From positions 142,574 to 206,573 of the forward strand of contig CAWHDZ010000030.1 of NCBI GenBank assembly GCA_963828255.1: a stretch of 64,000 nt of DNA, read 5' to 3'. Position 1 is the first letter of the stretch. The number at the start of each line of letters is the position of its first letter. The notes below the pieces were generated by a model. The model had not been told where the DNA came from, searched no databases, and saw nothing but the letters and a program-made list of their open reading frames with translations. Shown here piece after piece: positions 59,880-64,000 of the stretch. The stretch comes from an uncultured delta proteobacterium (lineage in GTDB: Bacteria; Myxococcota; Myxococcia; Myxococcales; Anaeromyxobacteraceae). A program made the position numbers and the translations under genes.

Positions 59880-61775
59880 CTAGTGTTCCAGGACGTCGGG
59901 GTACTTCGCCTTGTCCCTGGGTTCGAGCGCGGCCGGCGGATGGGCCGACGGGCGCAGGAGGTGGCTGCGATCCAGCAACTGGCCGAGCTCGGCCAGCGCC
60001 TCGCTCCCCTTCGCGGGGAGGCCCTTCCCCAGGACGAAGTCGGCCAGCTCGCGTCGCGACACCTCGACGTGCGCGGGGCCCTTCGCCCCGGCCTCGGAGA
60101 TCACGAGCACGCTGTTGCGCAGCTCGACGCGGCGAATGCGCGGATCGCCCTCGGCAGCGATGGTGAACACCTGCCGCTTCCCCTCTGCCTTGCGCGGGTC
60201 CAAGAGGTAGCGAACGAACTGTAGATTTTCGTCCACGGACGCCGCGGCCAGCTGCTCGGCGCTCGGGGTCCCGACGACCGCGCGGATCGCGTCCAGCGTC
60301 ACCGGCTGTCCCTCGGCCATCATCCGACCCTCCAGTTGCAGCGCCTCCGTGATGTAGAACCCGCGCGCGTTGGCGGAGGTCGTGCGCTGTCCGAGGGCGC
60401 GCGCCGCGGTGGCCCGCGTCTTGCGCGCGCCGGCGTCCGCGGGGTCGAGCCTCAGGAGCAGGGAGGTGAGCTTGAGGCTCCAGCGCCAGTTCGCGAGCCC
60501 GCCCTTCCGGGCCGCTGCTGCCGCGGCCTTCCGCACCGCGCCGTTGCCTCCCATCATCTCGACGGTCCGGGCGGCCTCCTCGCGAAGCGAGAGCGGGTTG
60601 ATCTCGTAGACGTCCCCGCCGAACCAGCCCAGGTTCCCGTTGACGACCTGGCGGACGTGGCTCTCGACCTGCCCGTACGTCTCGCGCCCCTCGCGCATGT
60701 GGGGCGGCATGTAGAGCTTCTCGGCCGCCTCCCTCCCGTCCATGCCCCGGGCCATGAGGCGCAGGGTCTGGTCGTTGATGAGCTGGACCTGGTCGACCGA
60801 CAGCTCGACCGCCTCCCGCACGGCCTTCTCGCCCTTGAGGGTCGGCCCGTGGACGTCGAGGAGCACCTCGGCGTTCTTCGACTCGATCCAGCGCGCGTCG
60901 TCGACGAAGGTCACCGGGTCGCGGTACCGCCCGCCCCGGAGCGTGTAGATGTTGAAGACGGTCTCCGCCACCATGAAATTCGTCACGAGCAGGCGGTGAC
61001 GGGGGAAGTAGAAGCCGACGCTGTCGGACGCGTCCGAGCGATTGGGAGCGACCTGGACGGGCTCCCCGGCGATCACGAGGTCGAGGATCTTGCCGTTCTC
61101 GAAGAGGCGGGTGGGTGGCTGGTAGCTCGACTCGGCCAGGAGCTTCTCCGGCGTGAACCCGAGCAGGTTGGGGAAGGCGTCCGGGCCTGTCGGAGGATGG
61201 AAGACCCCGAACTGGGCCACCGCCCGCGCCTGGTACAAGCCGCTCAGGACGCTGACCCCGGTCGAGGTCCGGCGGTTGCGGTCGAGGAACTCGTGGCCCC
61301 AGATCTCGGTTCCCGCGTCCAGCCAAGCCCCGGTACCGTCGGCGTAGTGCCAGTGCGTGAGCAGGATGGCCGCGACCTTGATCTTCTTGCCCAGGGTCCG
61401 CTCGAGCATCTCCCGCATCTCGGCGGCTGCGCGCGTGGAGTCGCCCGTGTCGACGACGATCCAACCGCCCGGGGCCTCGATGGCGAAAGTGTTCGCGATG
61501 CCCCAGCCTCTTAGCGCATACACGCCTGGGATGACGGCTTCCGCGACCTTCTTGTCGGTGATGCCCCACAGCGCGTTGGCCCGGAGCGCCGCAGGGGTGG
61601 TGATGACGCCATTCGGCCCGGTGACGGTCTCCATGGTCAAGGACGGGCTGTGCCAGGAGGTTTCTGCCGCCGCGGCGCGGTCCCTGCTCACCGCGTCATC
61701 GGCGCGGGCAACGGGAGATGTTCCCAGCGCCAGCACGGCTACGGCGCAGAAAGTCATCACAGTCTGACGGTGCAT
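59880..61775 (-). CDS. Alkyl/aryl-sulfatase-like MBL-fold protein (SdsA1/BDS1 family), exported
   Basis: Signal peptide; VVDTG, NIYTLRG.YRD, DQTLRLM.G, YGQV, GWFGG, SANARGFY. Confidence 0.78.
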   Translation of the reverse strand: MHRQTVMTFCAVAVLALGTSPVARADDAVSRDRAAAAETSWHSPSLTMETVTGPNGVITTPAALRANALWGITDKKVAEAVIPGVYALRGWGIANTFAIEAPGGWIVVDTGDSTRAAAEMREMLERTLGKKIKVAAILLTHWHYADGTGAWLDAGTEIWGHEFLDRNRRTSTGVSVLSGLYQARAVAQFGVFHPPTGPDAFPNLLGFTPEKLLAESSYQPPTRLFENGKILDLVIAGEPVQVAPNRSDASDSVGFYFPRHRLLVTNFMVAETVFNIYTLRGGRYRDPVTFVDDARWIESKNAEVLLDVHGPTLKGEKAVREAVELSVDQVQLINDQTLRLMARGMDGREAAEKLYMPPHMREGRETYGQVESHVRQVVNGNLGWFGGDVYEINPLSLREEAARTVEMMGGNGAVRKAAAAAARKGGLANWRWSLKLTSLLLRLDPADAGARKTRATAARALGQRTTSANARGFYITEALQLEGRMMAEGQPVTLDAIRAVVGTPSAEQLAAASVDENLQFVRYLLDPRKAEGKRQVFTIAAEGDPRIRRVELRNSVLVISEAGAKGPAHVEVSRRELADFVLGKGLPAKGSEALAELGQLLDRSHLLRPSAHPPAALEPRDKAKYPDVLEH

Positions 61776-62171
61776 GTGGTTTTCCCGCTCCCCAGGCGCC
61801 AAGGCCTGAAGCCCTTTTCTAACGCCGTCGCCTCACCATGCAACGACTGGCAGACGCTCGTGGGAGCGGGGTCGAAGGAGTGGCCGAGGCCGTTGCCCAA
61901 ACACTGCCCAATGGGCGACCGAGGCTGCCCTCCTGGAAGTGTCAGCAGTGACCACGCCCCACCGCCAGGTGCCCGAGATGACTACGCCTGACCACTGGGA
62001 TCGGCCAGGCGTGTTCACTCCTGGGCGATCCCGGCTTACTGGGCTGCACCCGTCTGGGAAGTGCTGCCGCCGGATGTCCAGGCAACAGGGCCTTCGAGTC
62101 TAGACTTGACGAAGTAAGCACCCGTTGCCCTTGATCCGGGATTGCGTTTGGTATAGACGTTATAAGTACGT

Positions 62172-62504
62172 ATGGCATACTCGCGCCGACCCCAAGAGCC
62201 CGAACCCTTCTCCACGACCACCGAGAAGCTGATGCAGACGTTCCGGATGTCGCGAGACCTGGTCTCGTTCCTGAAAGGGGAGGCCAGCGCCAGGGGCAGT
62301 GACCTCACCGCCTACGTCACCCGCGTGCTGGAAGGCCTGCGCAACTTCTACGGGCTCCCCTTGCCCGCCGCGCAGGTCCTCGAGGAGGACCGCAAGGCGC
62401 TCGGCGTCGATCGCGCGGACTACCTCCACCACCTGCTCTACGAGCGCAGCATCGCCGTCCGGGAGAAGGGCCCAGGCTTCGACTCCCCACGGAAGAAGAG
62501 GTGA
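62172..62504 (+). CDS. Small element-encoded DNA-binding protein (RHH-like)
   Basis: QTFRMSRDLV..LK.EA...GSDLTAYV strand-helix-helix pattern; first gene of the xis-int operon. Confidence 0.55.
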   Translation: MAYSRRPQEPEPFSTTTEKLMQTFRMSRDLVSFLKGEASARGSDLTAYVTRVLEGLRNFYGLPLPAAQVLEEDRKALGVDRADYLHHLLYERSIAVREKGPGFDSPRKKR

Positions 62505-62507
62505 CCC

Positions 62508-62723
62508 ATGATCGACCTCGCACCGGACGGCTTCGAGACGCTGTGGGACGCCCGGGACGTGGCTCGCTACCTGAAGGCGAGCCGCTCCTGGGTCTACCAG
62601 AAGGCCGAGTCAGGCTTGCTGCCGTACGTGAAGGTCGGCGGGCTCGTCCGGTTCGTGCCGGGGCGCATCCGCGAGATCGCCATGGCCTCGGCAGGAACGC
62701 CGGGCCCGGGGCAACAAGGGTAG
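62508..62723 (+). CDS. Excisionase (HTH_17/AlpA-like)
   Basis: LWDARDVARYLKASRSWVYQKAESGLLPYVKVGGLVRF; directly upstream of int. Confidence 0.85.
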   Translation: MIDLAPDGFETLWDARDVARYLKASRSWVYQKAESGLLPYVKVGGLVRFVPGRIREIAMASAGTPGPGQQG

Positions 62724-62738
62724 GGGAAGGAGCCCGCC

Positions 62739-64000
62739 GTGGCGTCGCCATACCTCAAGGACGGGAAGTGGTACCTGCGCTGGAAGGACGACTCCGACCT
62801 CTGGCGAGGGATGGTCTCGACGGCGCGCACGAAGGCAGAGGCGCGGCGGCTCCAGGCCGAGCTCGAGCGGAGGGCCGAGCGGGTTCGCCTCGGCGTCGAG
62901 GCTGCGCTTCCCGAGGACGGCGGCGGCTCCCTCGCCGAGCTCATGAAGTGGTGGCTGAAGAACTACTCGAAGCCGCTCGCCTCCCACGTCACGAACGAGA
63001 GCGCGATCCGGACCCACATCCTCTCGTCCGACCTGGCGCCGCTTCCGCTCACCGCCATCACAGCCGGCCGCATCGAGGCCTTCCTGCAGGCGAAGAGCAC
63101 CAAGGTCTCGCCGCAGATGGTGAACCACGTCCGCGGGTACTTCTCGCGGGCCTTCAACGCCGCGCGCCGGGCTGGTCGCTTCCCGGGAGCGAATCCCACG
63201 CTCGACGTGCGCAAGCGGAAGATCCCGAAACGGAAGCCCGACTACCTGCGCCCCCACGAGGTCCCGCTCCTCCTGTGGGCGCTCGACCCGCGCTGGAGGC
63301 CGCTCTTCGCCACGGCCGTCTACACCGGTCTACGCAAGGGCGAGCTGCTCGCGCTGCGGAAGTCGGACGTCGACCTCCCGCGCCAGATGCTGATGGTGGC
63401 CCGATCCCACGAGCGCGACACGACGAAGGGCGGCCACGCCGACGGCATCCCCATCGCGACCGAGCTCCTGCCCTTCCTGCGGATCGCCATGGCGGCCTCT
63501 CCCTCGGGGCTGGTCTTTCCGCGTCCCGACGGAACCATGATGCGACGGGACGTGAACCTCGAGATGACGCTCCGCCGGGCGCTGGGCCGCGCGGGAGTGG
63601 TGGAGGGGTACCGGCACAAGTGCCGTCGCCAAGGCTGCGGACACGAGGAGGCGGCCGCCGACCAGGAGACCAGGCGCTGCCCGAAGGATCGCCGGAAGCT
63701 CTGGGTGAAGCCGGTGGTGCGCCCCATCCGCTTCCACGATCTGCGCCACACGACGGCGAGCCTGCTCATGATGAACGGCGCGAACCTGCCGGCCGTGCAG
63801 CGCATCCTTCGCCACAGCGACCCGAAGATCACGACCGAGCTCTACGGGCACCTCGCTCCGGAGTACCTCCGTGCGGAGGTCGATCGCCTCAGCTTCGGGC
63901 CGGCGGTGGCGCGATTTGCTACGCCGGTGCTACGGGCGGTTTCAGAACAGAAGAAGATGGCCGGAAATGCCTCGCAGAATCGCGAGTCATCTCCGGCCTG
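62739..64000 (+). CDS. int: Tyrosine integrase (Mx8/Mx9-like), open to the window end
   Basis: Absent from the ORF track. GTG at 62739 after AAGGAG; TGLRKGE, TTK, HDLRHT, LRHSDPKITTELY; no stop before 64000. Confidence 0.95.
   Translation, partial: MASPYLKDGKWYLRWKDDSDLWRGMVSTARTKAEARRLQAELERRAERVRLGVEAALPEDGGGSLAELMKWWLKNYSKPLASHVTNESAIRTHILSSDLAPLPLTAITAGRIEAFLQAKSTKVSPQMVNHVRGYFSRAFNAARRAGRFPGANPTLDVRKRKIPKRKPDYLRPHEVPLLLWALDPRWRPLFATAVYTGLRKGELLALRKSDVDLPRQMLMVARSHERDTTKGGHADGIPIATELLPFLRIAMAASPSGLVFPRPDGTMMRRDVNLEMTLRRALGRAGVVEGYRHKCRRQGCGHEEAAADQETRRCPKDRRKLWVKPVVRPIRFHDLRHTTASLLMMNGANLPAVQRILRHSDPKITTELYGHLAPEYLRAEVDRLSFGPAVARFATPVLRAVSEQKKMAGNASQNRESSPA

Larger units (their letters stand above)
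53836..64000 (+). mobile_element. tRNA-Gly-targeting integrative element (~10 kb; right end just beyond the window)
   Basis: att fragment at left; DNA-binding gene, xis and int module at right; heterogeneous cargo between. Confidence 0.85.

Noticed and set aside
61778..61792. Second att-like sequence GGTTTTCCCGCTCC
   Set aside because: Short, in the opposite orientation, and explained as the RBS region of the sulfatase gene.
53836..64000. Prophage or conjugative element
   Set aside because: No capsid, terminase, tail, relaxase, T4SS or replication genes lie between the ends.

Overview
High-GC bacterial DNA whose gene content suggests Myxococcota, probably Anaeromyxobacter-like (PilZ/DUF4388 and zinc-ribbon/TonB-C proteins, many c-type cytochromes, an Mx8/Mx9-type integrase). 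This taxonomic call is an inference. Positions 1-46.5 kb are mostly housekeeping and accessory metabolism: acyl-CoA dehydrogenase, ltaE, upp, mdh-icd, Rrf2-cysK, an ABC exporter, a broken nhaA, an M3 peptidase, lemA/M48 and a 2-hydroxyacyl-CoA dehydratase operon. Between the convergent upp and mdh genes is an insertion hotspot holding two cargo blocks, each flanked by a direct repeat. From about 46.6 kb the window is accessory: a lipoprotein triheme cytochrome on a thrombospondin-like repeat stalk, fused gene remnants, and a tandem array of integrative elements at a tRNA-Gly att site. The main finding is a ~10 kb element (53836 to beyond 64000) whose tyrosine integrase appears to be split by its own att site. 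The missing C-terminus, carrying an excisionase-like HTH domain, sits in frame at the opposite end, so excision is predicted to build an Int-HTH fusion. Several single-base frameshifts may be long-read consensus errors. All calls are from motif recognition by eye; no database searches were run.
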